This document shows positions 1 through 11,767 of a stretch of DNA of 46,293 bases, one piece after another. The first letter of the stretch is position 1, and the number at the start of each line of letters is the position of its first letter. This DNA is from Chiloscyllium plagiosum. Its lineage: Eukaryota. The stretch spans positions 4,144-50,436 of the forward strand of contig NW_025215301.1 of assembly GCF_004010195.1 (NCBI RefSeq). The letters are read 5' to 3'. The notes beneath the pieces were generated by a model, which did not search any database, was not told the origin of the DNA, and saw only the letters and a list, made by a program, of their open reading frames with translations. The position numbers and the translations under genes were made by a program.

Positions 1-135
1 GAGGGTTTGGGCGACAGGGGCAGAGATGGAAGTCTCCACAGGAAGGATGGAAAGATAGGGCATTTTAAGCGGGAGTGTCCTGATCTACAAAGGGAAGAAA
101 GGGCAATTCCGCTTATGAATTTTGATGAAGAATAG
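1..135 (+). pseudogene. gag: ERV gag C-terminus (nucleocapsid zinc-knuckle remnant)
   Basis: Frame 1 reads GKIGHFKRECPDLQREERAIPLMNFDEE then TAG (133-135), in frame with the protease. Confidence 0.85.
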
Positions 136-200
136 GGGTGTCGGGGGTTCCTGCCCTCGGGGGCCCACCAGGAACCCTTGATAAACTTGAAGGTGGGACC
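133..200 (+). promoter_or_regulatory. gag-pol amber readthrough signal (stem-loop, probable pseudoknot)
   Basis: UAG-G followed by a perfect 9-bp stem GGGTTCCTG (145-153)/CAGGAACCC (169-177); loop CCCAC (164-168) is complementary to GTGGG (193-197). Confidence 0.75.
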
Positions 201-521
201 CTGTAGGGAGGAGGTAGTCTTCCTAGTAGATACGGGGGCGGCACGGTCATCGCTGAATTTTAAACCAAAGAAAGCAGAAATGTCAACACGATCAATTACT
301 GTTTCGGGGGTAAAAGGGGAAGGATTTACTGTTCCGGTATTTGAACCTATGATGATAGAAGGTCCTAAGGATAGGGTCACAGGGAACTGCTATATATCCC
401 TGATATAGGAAGTAACTTACTCGGGAGAGACTTAATTATCCTCTTAGGACTGGAGATTGGAATTCAGGAAAAAGAATTAGTTGTACAACTAGCGATGTTG
501 ACAGAGGATGCAGAGAGAGAG
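136..521 (+). pseudogene. pro: ERV aspartic protease, frameshifted
   Basis: VVFLVDTGAARSSL active site; the C-terminal NLLGRDL motif lies in another frame after a shift near 380-390. Confidence 0.92.
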
Positions 522-594
522 AGACTAAAGAGACTTTGAGTAACTGACTATACAGTGGCGACGCGAGCGCGGGATTATTTCTGTAAGATTGTAT

Positions 595-996
595 ATTAAG
601 CCTATTGTATGGGCTAGAGAAGGGAATCGTGGAAAACTACAGATCCCTCCCCTTTTAATAAATTTAAAACGGAAAGGGGATGTTGTCTGTGAACGATAAT
701 ACCCTATTTCCATAGAAGGTAAACGAGGACTGCAGTCAGTAATTGAGGGACTGATTAGAGATGGGCTGTTGGAGCCATGTATGTCTCCTTATAATACCCC
801 AATTCTACCAGTGCGGAAATCTGATGGAACTTATCAATTGGTACAGGATTTGAGGACATTAAATCGAATAGTACAGATCAGGCACCCAGTGGTGCCAAAC
901 CCCTACACGTGATTAAGTAAGATCCCTCATGATTACAAATGGTTTAGTGTGATAGATTTAAAGGATGCCTTTTGGGCTTGTCCCCTGGTGGAGGAA
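595..996 (+). pseudogene. pol: ERV reverse transcriptase N-terminal fragment
   Basis: Frame 1: SPYNTPILPVRKSDGTYQLVQDLRTLN...PVVPNPYT*LSKIP...WFSVIDLKDAFWACPL; stops at 697 and 910; ends before YxDD. Confidence 0.93.
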
Positions 997-1423
997 AGAT
1001 TTGAGACTATCCCCCTATGAAATCTTATTTGGACTACCTTATCTGGGAATGAATGGAGAATTGCCAATTCCCAAAACTAAAGATTTGTTTTTAAAGAAGT
1101 ATATACTGGGCTTGTCCTCCTCTTTATCTTTCCTCAGAAAACAGGGTCTATTGGCACAGACTCCGCCCCTTGAATTCACTGTTCACCCCATCCGGCCGGG
1201 TGATTGGATTTTAGTAAAATCATGGACGGAGACTAAATTGCAGCTGCACTGGGAAGGGCCGTACCAGGCTCTTTTGACTACCGAAACGGCAATAAGGACG
1301 TCGGAGAAAGGTTGGACTCATTATACTCGGATCAAAGGGCCTGTGGACCCTCCACTCGAGGAAGAAGTCTGGACAGCCGAATCAACACAAGACCCGCTGA
1401 AACTCAGACTAAAGAGACTTTGA
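992..1423 (+). pseudogene. pol: ERV integrase C-terminal domain
   Basis: LSPYEILFGLPY, HPIRPGDWILVK, WEGPYQALLTT and WTHYTRIK motifs typical of gamma-type IN C-terminus. Confidence 0.92.
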
Positions 1424-1449
1424 GTAACTGATTATACAGTAGCAATGTA

Positions 1450-3018
1450 GCTAATCAGAGACAATACCGCAACTCTGAGGTACATCTTAAGTCCTATGGG
1501 GATTGCCTCGGGGATGGTACTTGGTATAATGATCTTGTCACAGTACACCGGGCCCCTTCCGACCAGCTCGCGATTGTCTCGATAAGAAGTGTAACCCAAT
1601 ATACTTAACGATAAGGGAAACCACATGGCACGAAGCAATTCTGGGGGGGGGGGGGCACTTATGAGATACAATTAAATGAAACATTTGGGATTGAAATGTA
1701 AACAAATGGGAAGGAGTTCTTGGGCTGTTGTTTTCGAATTAGCGTAGGACAGGGAAAACGGGTAGAATTACTGGGTAATAAGATACAACCCTTCACCCCT
1801 CCTGATAATCCTAAAGTAGTAAAAATTATAGAGGTAAACGACTTGAAACAGACCATCGAAATAGAAACTGGGTACGGGGATGCAAATGCCTGGGTTGAAT
1901 GGGTAAAGTGTACTGTAAAAAGTCTGAACAAAAGCAATTGCTATGGATGTGCCTCCGGTAGGCCAGTGGCCCAGCTGGTTCCCTTTCCGCTCGGGTGGAA
2001 GCGAGACAGGAAGGGCATGAAATGTATGATAGCCCTGTACCAGGATGAGACTGCATGGAATGATAGGAATTGTACCTCCCTATCTCTAATGTTCCCTCCC
2101 TTGGAGGAGAAAGATGTAAAAGCTCCCCCCACGTTTTCTGCCGCAGTTGGAAATCACACGTCGTGTGTGCGCAGGCAAGGTACAAGTCGGTCGAGAGATT
2201 TGGGGGAGCTGAAATTATGTACAGAGATTAAGAATGTTACCGAAACGGAAAAGGGAGGGAACTACTCAGCACTGAAGATTCCCCGAGCGGATCTGTGGTG
2301 GTACTGTGGAGGCAAAATATTGAGACCCACGCTACCTCCGGATTAGAGAGGGATATGTGCAATTGTACAATTGGCAATTCCATTTACCTTGGCATTTGAG
2401 AAGGAAAAGATCGTAGGGAAAAATGGAAGGGGTAAGAGATTACTGTTAGATCTTTCCACACTGTAAAGTAATCTAATCTAGATACTTCTTTTGATGACAG
2501 GATTTATCTCGACTCGGTAGGAGTCCCTAGGGGAGTACCTGATGAATTCAAGGCTCGTAACCAGATTGCAGCAGGCTTTGAATCAACTCTCTTTTGGTGG
2601 GTAACAATTAATAAAAATGTAGATTGGATAAATTACATTTTTTATAATCAGCAGCGATTTATCAATTATACAAGAGATGCGGTTAAAGGAATATCAGAAC
2701 AGCTTGATGCGACAAGTAGGATGGCATGGGAGAACAGAATAGCCCTTGATATGATTTTAGCAGAAAAAGGGGGTGGTGGCTTCTATCCTTACTTCCCTGA
2801 TAGTAGTACTCGGGGTATTGGTGGCCATTGGCTGTTGTATCATACCCTGTATACGAGGGCTCACCCAAAGACTAATTGAAACAGCCTTGATGAAACAGAT
2901 GCCCCTAAGAGGGAATCAGACAGAGGAACTTTATTGGCTAAATAATGAGGAGATGAGTGAAGCCAAGATGGCAGAAATCTCTGGAATGATGCTTGCGAAT
3001 TTCAGGAACGATGTTTAA
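1450..3018 (+). pseudogene. env: ERV envelope (SU+TM), disrupted
   Basis: SU ORF 1720-2346 ends at a TAG in place of a probable Trp; furin site RGKR 2428-2439; TM YLDSVGVPRGVPDEFKARNQIAAGFES; ISD WENRIALDMILAEKGG; membrane anchor in ORF 2773-3018; 5' boundary approximate. Confidence 0.93.
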
Positions 3019-3050
3019 AAAAAAAATGCAGAAGATAACAAATGGTAATC

Positions 3051-3067
3051 AAAAGAAAAAGGGGAAA
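3051..3067 (+). other. Polypurine tract
   Basis: AAAAGAAAAAGGGGAAA immediately before the TG start of the LTR. Confidence 0.9.
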
Positions 3068-3068
3068 T

Positions 3069-3748
3069 TGTGGGATATAGGTGAATTAATGTTATTTCTG
3101 CAAATTATAAGTTCTGATACAGAGTAAATGAATTCACATTAGTCTATGATTGTTTCTCAGCTAAGAGCTGAGTTAACAAGAATGGGAACTACATAGAGGA
3201 AGTATATAATCCGTTAAAAATGATATGTCAGCATGAGACGTGATTACAGAACAATGGTAGAAATACAGGCACTAGATAAAATGCTGTGAAAAAAGGCCTT
3301 TATAAACAGTAGGTTTCCCACTTGTACAGAGACACAGGAACAAACCCCAATTAAAAGGGCTTAGTGATAAGATGCTGTGAGGGGCAGCACAGATGGAGGG
3401 AGTAGATAATGGTAAGCAAAGGATGGGATGACGTCAAACAACCTTATGGCAGCCAGAGATAGGCATTTGTCACGGACAAGGCCGGATAAACAGAAGTTGT
3501 GGGATCAGTCTTAAGGAAATGAGTGACATAAGCGGAGGATGGGGGCAAACAATGGAATAAGGAAAAATATGGGGATTCAAACTGTATAAATTTCGAGAGT
3601 TTGTTGGATTTGATGTGCATTTGTCATTGTCTTACCTGGCTTCAGACATTGCACCCACTTGCAAGTGTACAAATAAAGCGGCATTACTAGTTCAGATTTT
3701 TGGTCTCGGACTGAAATTATTGAAGTGAGTGAGGTTTTGTTTCTCACA
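3069..3748 (+). repeat. 3' LTR (about 680 bp)
   Basis: Starts TGTGGGA after the PPT and ends TCTCACA (imperfect inverted termini); TGACGTCA 3429-3436, TATAAA 3585-3590, AATAAA 3672-3677. Confidence 0.85.
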
Positions 3749-4454
3749 GGGACAAATGAAGGAGATTCATCCTCTTGAGCCTGCTCCCCATGGCTGTCCT
3801 GACTATTCCACATTCTTGCCTCACTCCGATAGATTTATGATAAGCAATGGCTATCTACTTCCTCACTACAAACATTCAGAGGTTTCATTTCTATGTTTGA
3901 ACAAGAGTTCCAAAGATTTATGACCTTAAGCAAGAAAAAAAAACTCTGCTTATCTTGGTCTTAAATGAGGGAAGTTGTTTTAGTTTTATATTCTCCCTAA
4001 AAAGGAAGCATTCTTTTCACATCCACGCTGTATCCTATGTTCATGTTGATATGGCATCTGCTTTAATCAGCTGCTCTGTCATGAGAACAGCTCCCTATCC
4101 TGCCACCTTCAGTGACTGATGCACAGAAACATCCAGGTCCTACTGCCCCTACACCCACCCATACTTGTACCCTTTAGTTTTTTTGTCTCTCCACATTTTC
4201 CCTCCAAAATGAATCAGTGACATCTCTTTCTATTAAATTCTATCCGCAACCATCTGCTCCTTCCATTAACTTACCTATATCTTTTTTTGAAGTTAGACAC
4301 TATCTTCTTCATGAGCCATAATACATCCAAGTTTCATAACATCAGAAAATTTTGAAATTATGCCTTGCACACTCAGGTTAACGTAGATTTAACTATTTTA
4401 AATAGTTTTTAAAATGAACTATTTTCTAAACTATTGTAAATTATACCTCAAATT

Positions 4455-7170
4455 TATTGCCCATCTCTAGTTCCTCGGACTGAGTTCTGAGCCAGATCAT
4501 GGGGCCATTAAGAATGAATCATGTCACTGTGGGACTGGAGTCACAGACTGGGTTCCCTTGTCCAAACTACATTCGTGAGCATGACATTTCAGTTTCATGG
4601 GTTTTTTTTGTTCAGATCCCAGCGCCTTCCTTCCCAGATATTACATGGCTCACCACCTCTCTCTCCAGGACAATTTGGGAAGGGCAACAAATAGCAGCCA
4701 CTTTTGTGCCCACCCCATCCCAGGAGAAATCAAAATAAACGAGATACACTTCAAATGATCAAACGGGAGAGGCTTGAATTCATCTCTTTGAAAAAACTGG
4801 AGCCTAGCCTAGAAATAGAGCCATGACATGGGTGACCCTGGTTTGTCAGACTGAAAGGTGGAGTGTCCTTCGGATTGACACTGGGATCAGGCACAAAGTG
4901 AATTACCCTCAAAGACCGAACACACGGCTATCAAAGCGGGTCACCAAACTGCAAAGAGCAGCAATTTATCTGGGTGAACTCAACAGGTATCAGTGGGTGT
5001 AAACGCATTAGGCAGGCAAGTGTCAGTTATTGCTGAACACACCGGAAGCACAGTCACACATAAAGGGAAGCAATTGGGATCGAGCAGGGAAACGGGAATA
5101 CCTGAATTTCTCCACTGAGAGCTGGAAGGAGTTTTCTCAGTTGTAACTCCTCTGAGAACGATAAAGGTTGAAGGGCCGTTTATATTATAAACAACACTGC
5201 AGCGCGCAAGAAAGGATATCGAGTGACATATCTCCTTTAAATTGGAAACAATATCAGAAACATAAAGGTCAATGTGATTTTGGATTGAATATTGAGAGTG
5301 AGGAGATGGAGGGGAGGGTGACCATGGCAGCTGTCCTGAAGAATGGTTAGGTCATGGCTAGAATGGTGTACAGTTAGGGGGTCCCTGCTTTGAGGGACAA
5401 TACAGAATGGGACAGGGGCAGAGGATCTAGGTCACAAATTTTATTTCGGGATGTAGATTTCTTTACACAGAAGGTGATAAGAATTTGCAATTTTCTGCCA
5501 CAGGCTGTTAAAACAAAACCTATCCATGTTTTATTCTCTGGTGGGACATGGGCGCTGCTGGCTGGCCAGCATTTCCTGTCTGTCCCTCATTTTCTTTGAA
5601 CGTGGTGAGGAGCTGCCTTCCTGAACTCGCTGCAGCCATGTGCTATAGGTAGACCAAGAATGCCCTGAGGGAGAGAATTCCCTGATTTTAACCCAGTGAC
5701 AGTGAAGGAACAGTGAGATATTTCTAAGTCAGGATGATGAATGGTTTAGGAGAAATCTTGTAGATGGCAATGTTCCCATACGTGCACTATTTTAAAAGGT
5801 ATTTAATGACCTGAAAAAGAGGAATAATAAAGGGAAAGTAATGCTGAAAAGCATTCGACTGGATGGTGATGGATTAATTATTGTGGTGACCTTTTGGGCA
5901 GAGTTGGCTGTTCTTGTCCAGCAGCAACATTCTCTATGGTAACGCTTCATTGCATTCCAAAAGAACATGTTTAAACCTCAAAATTCTGACCTCACACAAA
6001 GGCAGTGATAATTATTGACAGATTTTATGACTTTTTAAAAAGTTTCTGCCTTGGCTAAGTTGGTAGAACTCCTTCCATGGAGTCAGAAAGGTTTTGGTTC
6101 AGTCCACTCTAAGGTGGGTCAACAATGATCTCACCCATCAGTGAGATCAGAACTGCTGGGGAGCTCCTTTTGGTTCCTGGGGAGGTCCCCAGTTGGAAGC
6201 GAGCAGAGCAATGCTTGTTGGAGGCAGGGCTCTCACTGGAGACCTTGGTTTATTATGGAATCCCAGACCAAATGCAACTAAAGGCAGGTGTGGGTCATGG
6301 GAGAGGTGGCAGTTTACATGAGGACATCATCTGAAGATGGGTCCCTTGGTTGGACACATTGTGGGAAAGCCAAGCTGATTTAATCCCTGAACTGCCATTA
6401 AATCTGGATCGATTCAGGAATGTTGATGTCAATTGGCTCCTCAATCTAGTTTACATCATCTGTTGGTGGCTCGGAATTCCAGTTCACTCCTTCTATCCTG
6501 ATATTCATTGGGAGAAATTTTGCTACCATTGGGGGCATTGAAATGGGCCACTTGAATGATTAAGTGTGCACAGAGTCATGTTTCCAACTGTGCTACATCT
6601 AGCCCAAAGTATAAAAATCAAAACTGATGTTTCATTTACAAAACTGAGAGAAAATGTGTAGGTTAGGTGGATTGGCCGTGCTAAATTACTCATTATGTCC
6701 AATAGATGCACAGGCTAGCAAATGGAAAATGCCATGGAAAATGCAGGGTTACGGGGATAGGGTAGGGGAGGTGTGGGTCTGGGTGAGATGGTCTTCAAAA
6801 GGTCAGTATGAACTTGCTGGGCTGTGTGGCCTGTTTCTACCCTGTAGGATTTCCTCAATTCTATGAAGGCCAGAACAGGACCTCGACAGTGGAGGGAGGG
6901 TATTCTGATGTTCAAAAATTCTTAAACAAAGGAACACAGTAAATGTAGATTTACCATCAGTGCAGACAAACTGAAAGGCAAAATGACACATTCTCCAGTC
7001 ATATACCAGGTACAGAAAGGAGATCAGGAAAAATACTTTGATGCAGTTATTGGAACTTAATGATGAATGATGATAATTGAGTGCTCCATTCACAAAAGGA
7101 CAGAATTACTTTTCAGAATTTCAACAGGTCTGAAGCAAAAGAGGAAATCAGGATCAAATAGTAATTTGAG
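4455..7170. repeat. Arm 1 of local inverted segmental duplication (partner 14920-18435)
   Basis: 4455-4640 matches revcomp of 18235-18435; 4650-5430 matches 15205-15950; 6870-7170 matches 14920-15195. Confidence 0.85.
6650..6865 (+). mobile_element. HE1/V-SINE-like fragment (3' half)
   Basis: gatgtgtaggttaggtggattggccgtgctaaatt-like core and ggcctgtttctaccctgtagg tail, similar to the copy at 8458. Confidence 0.65.
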
Positions 7171-8159
7171 AATTTGGAACTTGAGTGAGAAAAAGTCCTT
7201 CTTATGAAAACATTTCATTTTGCCTTGCTTTCTCTCCATGGGTGCTGTCTGACCCTCTAGGATCTCCAGTCTACATGGTACTTGCCTTTGCTGTGCCATT
7301 TCTTGCAAATTGCCCTGATGTGTGCAAGACAAAAGCTTCGACAAAACGTCTCTTTTTCAGCAACACTCAAATTCAGATCAGTTTGGAGAGAAAGCAGGGA
7401 CATGGAATCATCTTTCCCTGCAGGGAGGGAGTGTATGGGGAATCTCCCATGGGCAGGGTTCTCCTGGCTGCCACCACATCAGGAAGGCTGGAGCTTGATG
7501 ATTGAGCTGAATGGACAGGGCTCACTCTCACAGTCCTCAGGGCCATGGAGCCTCTTGTGATGGGAACATCTGCTCGGTGTTGGCAGACAATGATGTTGCA
7601 ATGGGTTTGGAGATGGGGCAACTCGACACTGGATGCTGCACAATGGCTGCACTGACTCTTCCTCTCTGCCTGGTCCCTCCAGGAGTGAACGTGGATGTAC
7701 ACAATGGCTGGACACCTTGATTATTGCAATGGAACATTATTCTCCAGCTGACACTCGCCAGCTTGGTGCTGGAAAAGGTTCCTTTATCCATGGAGCTGAG
7801 AGCCTTGCTCCTGACCCAGCAGATTGGTGTTGAGTGGAGTTTCAGGAGATAAAGAGAGGCTGAGAAAGGAGTGAATGAGCAAATGAGTAAATCTGCTTCT
7901 CAAATTTCCCAGCAACAATGACAGCTCAGGATTTAGACACGAAGGAGGAAGGGTGAAGAGATGAAGAAATCTTTCACACAGAGAGTGTGCATGAGTAGGT
8001 ACAGAGAAGAGACCATTCAATCGTCTTGGACTTACAAATTAGAGGCTGAATTAGGCCATTCAATCCTTCAAGACTTCTCAACCAATCAATAGGACCATGG
8101 CTGATGTGATTTTGCTTCCAATGCCACATTCCCATCCATCACAGAATGGTGAATGCACA

Positions 8160-9322
8160 ACAAAAATGGACAGAAAAGCCAGATCCTGAACTACAACAGC
8201 AACCACCCAAACACACACAGGAGAAGCTGCGTTAGGCCCTTGTTCCTAAGGGCTACAACACACTGCAGCACTTCCGACCTGCGAAGAGAAGAACACTTCT
8301 GCAAAGTCTTTGCCAAGAACTGATTTTCCCGCAACTTCATCCGCAGATACCTAACAGATAAACAACACGATGAGGACATGCCACAACCTAACTCACTAAC
8401 CACGCTACCTTATATAAGAAAATGTCACAGAACTGACAGCCAGACTTCTCCAACTATGGAACGGTGGCTCAGTGGTTAGCACTGTTGCCTCACAGTGGCA
8501 GGGATCAGAGTTCAATTCCCACATCGGGCAATTGTCTGTGTGGAGTTTGCATATTCTCCCCGTGTCTGCATTGGTTTCCTCCGGGTGCTCCGGATTTCCT
8601 CCCACAACCCAAAGATGTGCAGGTCAGGTGAATTGGCCATGCTAAATTGCCCCTAGTGCTAGGTGCATTAGTCGGGGTCAGTATTGGGCGGGGGACTGGG
8701 TCTGGGTGGGTTACTCTTTGGAGGGTCAGTGTGGACTTGTTGGGCTGGAGAGCCTGTTTCCATACTGTAGGGAATCGAATCACTCATAAACTGCCCAGAA
8801 ACTGACAGCCACGCTCAGACAACAACGCATGAGAACAAAAGACCCAAAACCAATCATGTGAAAGACAAATGTAGTTTACAAGATTCCATGCAAAGCCTGC
8901 ACAAAACACACAGGACACACAGCCAGACAACTAGCCATCCACATCCATGCGCACCAACGAGCCACTAAACCCCATGAGCAGCTGTCCCGAGTAGCTATAC
9001 ACACTGATGACAAGGACCACAGATTCGATTGGGCCAACACTATGATCATAGAACAAGCTCAACAAAGGGCAACCAGAGAAGTTCTAGAGCCAAGGGCTCC
9101 ACCAATAAACACATTGACCGAGACCCAGTATACCGACCACTGAAATGAACATTCCAAAAACCAGCAGCCGGAAACAGCAGGAATGGAACCAAATAAATTC
9201 CAGAAGACACAGAACAACAGCGCTTCACAGGAAGCTCCAAAGCTCTGAAGATGACACCGAGAAAGGGGACAAAATGTCTACAAATCAACTTCCCAGCTCG
9301 GCGAACATACCCACAACTACAG
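8160..9322 (+). mobile_element. Penelope-like element 3' part with degenerate GIY-YIG endonuclease, split by a SINE
   Basis: 8868-9090 reads NVVYKIPCKACTKH..GHTARQLAIHIHAHQRATKPHEQLSRVAIHTDDKDHRFDWANTMII; degenerate CTGAAGA tail motif at 9245. Confidence 0.8.
8458..8782 (+). mobile_element. HE1/V-SINE-type tRNA-derived SINE, near full length
   Basis: A box TGGCTCAGTGG, B-box-like GAGTTCAATTCC, V-domain tgtgtggagtttgcatattctccccgtg, CR1-like 3' tail. Confidence 0.88.
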
Positions 9323-9809
9323 CAAGAGTGAGGGGTTTTCCTGTCCTACAGTATTCTCCAAATCCTTACCTGCCCTCCTCATTGTCATACCCTCCTGCCC
9401 CTTACTAAACATAGAATAGGACTGCCAGGTCCTGAGGCTTATAACTTCCTTCTGGAACAAAGTCTCCAGGTATCTCCGCATCTCCCTGATGTGTCACCAA
9501 TTATTTCAACTCAGCCTCCAGTCCAAACACCCTGTGTGGGGGTTGCTGTAGATTTATACATTCACTACAGATGTATTTAACCTGAGTCACTTTAATTTAA
9601 TAAAGAAATATAGATCCCACTTACAAATGAAAGATACCCATTCCTCTATTAATCCAGTAATTCTCTTCAGAATCTGAATTAAAGTTTTCGTGCTTTCCAT
9701 TTATTGACCTTCCCGAATGGGGGTATCCCAAAGCAGTACAAGACGACATGAGGATATAGACGGGCTGGGAGAGTCAGATGGTCTGATCATTATCAAGTGG
9801 AATTCATTT

Positions 9810-10085
9810 AGATAAATGTGTGTCAGTGGGCTGAGCTCTCCCTGACCATGCGAGTGAGGTGAGGGCAGAGTGACAGCCCTTGACATCAAGGCCACTTTGA
9901 TGGTGTGTGGCATCAAGGAGCCTGAGCAATGCAGCAGCCTTTCACCTGCTGTTCCAGGGAAGGGATCAACATCTGGATCCCTCCGAGCAGCTCCTGGGAA
10001 TTCTGTCATCCCAAAGGGACAAGTCCTCCTCCTCAGTTCCCACAAACAGCAGCAAGTCAGCCACACACTGTTCAAACTGTTTGGG
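9810..10085 (+). mobile_element. LINE RT fragment (second CR1/L2-group family)
   Basis: VTALDIKA.FDGVWHQG-like RT motif across a frameshift at about 9870-9920. Confidence 0.65.
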
Positions 10086-11012
10086 GGAGCTGAACTGTAC
10101 TCTCACAGCCCTGTGCCATGCTCTGCTGGAAGATGGAGGGACTATTGGGGAGCCCTTGGGGCAGACAGCTGCACCAATATTGTTGGTCTTTAAATGTGAA
10201 GGTGAACTTGTCCTGGTCCTCAGACCTCTATGACCCGATATGGACCAGGGCACATTTGAAATGACCAACTGTGTAAAGACCCATTCCCAGTCCATCAGCA
10301 ATGAGCCAATCTGCTTTGAACACTCCCTGAGTGAGCTCACTCCATTATGTTCAGATACACTGCCAGAGAGCCCACCCTTACACTCCAGGGTTCTGATAGC
10401 CCTCCAATCACAGAGTCCCCCCATGAACCCCTTCAGTTCGAACTCCACTGGAGGGGGCTGATCCCAGTGGTTTTTATGGATGCATCTGTGTGTGAGATGT
10501 AATGAGATATATATCTATATATAACATATATAAGTCGATATGTTCCCTGTTCCCCACCCACACACATATGGACACAGGCTCTTCTCCATTCATCGGGCAC
10601 AGGTATTCAGGATGGGTACTGCCCCTTCAGAGCACCACCATGGTGGATGGGGGTGTGTGGAGTGAAAGGTATCCTCCCCACTCTGGGTTTGGACCTTCCC
10701 CATCTACACTCTGAGTACAGCTTACTCTTGGCATCGTTCTTCGATCTTTCTGAACTCCAACATCCCTTCCTTCTTTTCCCCATTTATTGGGGATGATTTT
10801 CTCAGGGCCCTGCATTCCTGCTGAAAGTGCCCCTTCTGGCCCTAACTGGAGTATTGCCCTCCTGCTCCTGGGACCCCATTACCCTCTCTATTCTCCCCCT
10901 CGTGTTCCGTGCTTTGAGGGTGGAGGGTTTCACTTCACACACCCTTTCCCTGAGGCTTCAGCTCGGGCCATTCCCAAAGCACACACGAGACAGAAAGTGA
11001 ATCTTCTTCATC

Positions 11013-11018
11013 TTTATT
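11013..11018 (-). terminator. Polyadenylation signal of truncated IgL C copy
   Basis: AATAAA on the minus strand, conserved in the paralog at 26097-26102; homology between copies ends about 30 bp beyond it. Confidence 0.55.
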
Positions 11019-11304
11019 CCCTTTTCCAGATTGACATTGACAGAAAACCGACTGCAATTAACAGCCCAGACAGAGGAATCTGCACAAATTCACAGACAGA
11101 ATGGAGCTTGAGGAAAACACTTGTGGAGATTTTCTCAATAACCTGAGAATCCTGTCCCTTTAAACAGTGACAAAACCTTAAGGTGGAGCTGGTGTCTGAG
11201 CAGGAAGGAGATCTGGTTTACTGAAGCAGAGACTTCTGAGGTTCACATTGATTTTGTACAGCTGACAGTTTTCAATATCTGTGAAAGATTAGGCTTGTTA
11301 CTAC

Positions 11305-11520
11305 AAGTCAACACTGTCCCCAACAAACAGTCTCCTGTACAGGGACAGAATAGGGTTAGATCCAGAGTAAAGCTCTTTCTGTACTGTTCCCACCAAAGAC
11401 ACCCAGGACAGGGACAAGATAAGAAACAGAATAAAGCTGTCTCCATACTGTCCTTGTCAAACTCTCCCAGGACAGGGACAGCACTGGTTGGTTACAGAGT
11501 GAAGCTCTCTCTACAGTGTC
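11305..11520. repeat. Degenerate minisatellite (about 60-68 bp unit) in IgL C 3' UTR
   Basis: Recurring cccaggacagggaca...tacagagtaaagct...actgtcc units; also present at 26390-26600. Confidence 0.7.
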
Positions 11521-11678
11521 ACAGTAACCTGCCTTAACCCCTGAACCTCAGAGTCTCCCAGAGACCAGTCTCAAGAAGGAAGGGCGTTGAAATTCAGTGC
11601 TGACAATGACCTTTGTCCTGCCAGCTCAGCCCTGTCCTATTTAAAGTTGTGTCTCCTCTGTGGACTGACTAGAACACT

Positions 11679-11767
11679 CTACACGCATTCTGATCTCCTG
11701 ATGCTCTTGCTGAGGGGAGAGGGGAGGGTCACGTGGGTGAGGGCACAGGAGAAGTGATTGTTGGACT
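11679..11767 (-). pseudogene. Truncated Ig light-chain constant exon (3' quarter only)
   Basis: Minus strand reads SNNHFSCALTHVTLPSPLSKSIRRSECV*; flanks 10985-12130 align with 26073-28975; about 300 bp including the acceptor is missing. Confidence 0.93.

Larger units (their letters stand above)
1..3748 (+). mobile_element. Defective class I (gamma-like) endogenous retrovirus, 3' portion: gag end, pro, deleted pol, env, PPT, 3' LTR
   Basis: Ordered retroviral motifs: NC knuckle remnant GHFKRECP, in-frame UAG, DTG protease, RT N-terminus, IN C-terminus, env SU/TM, polypurine tract, TG...CA LTR. Confidence 0.96.
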
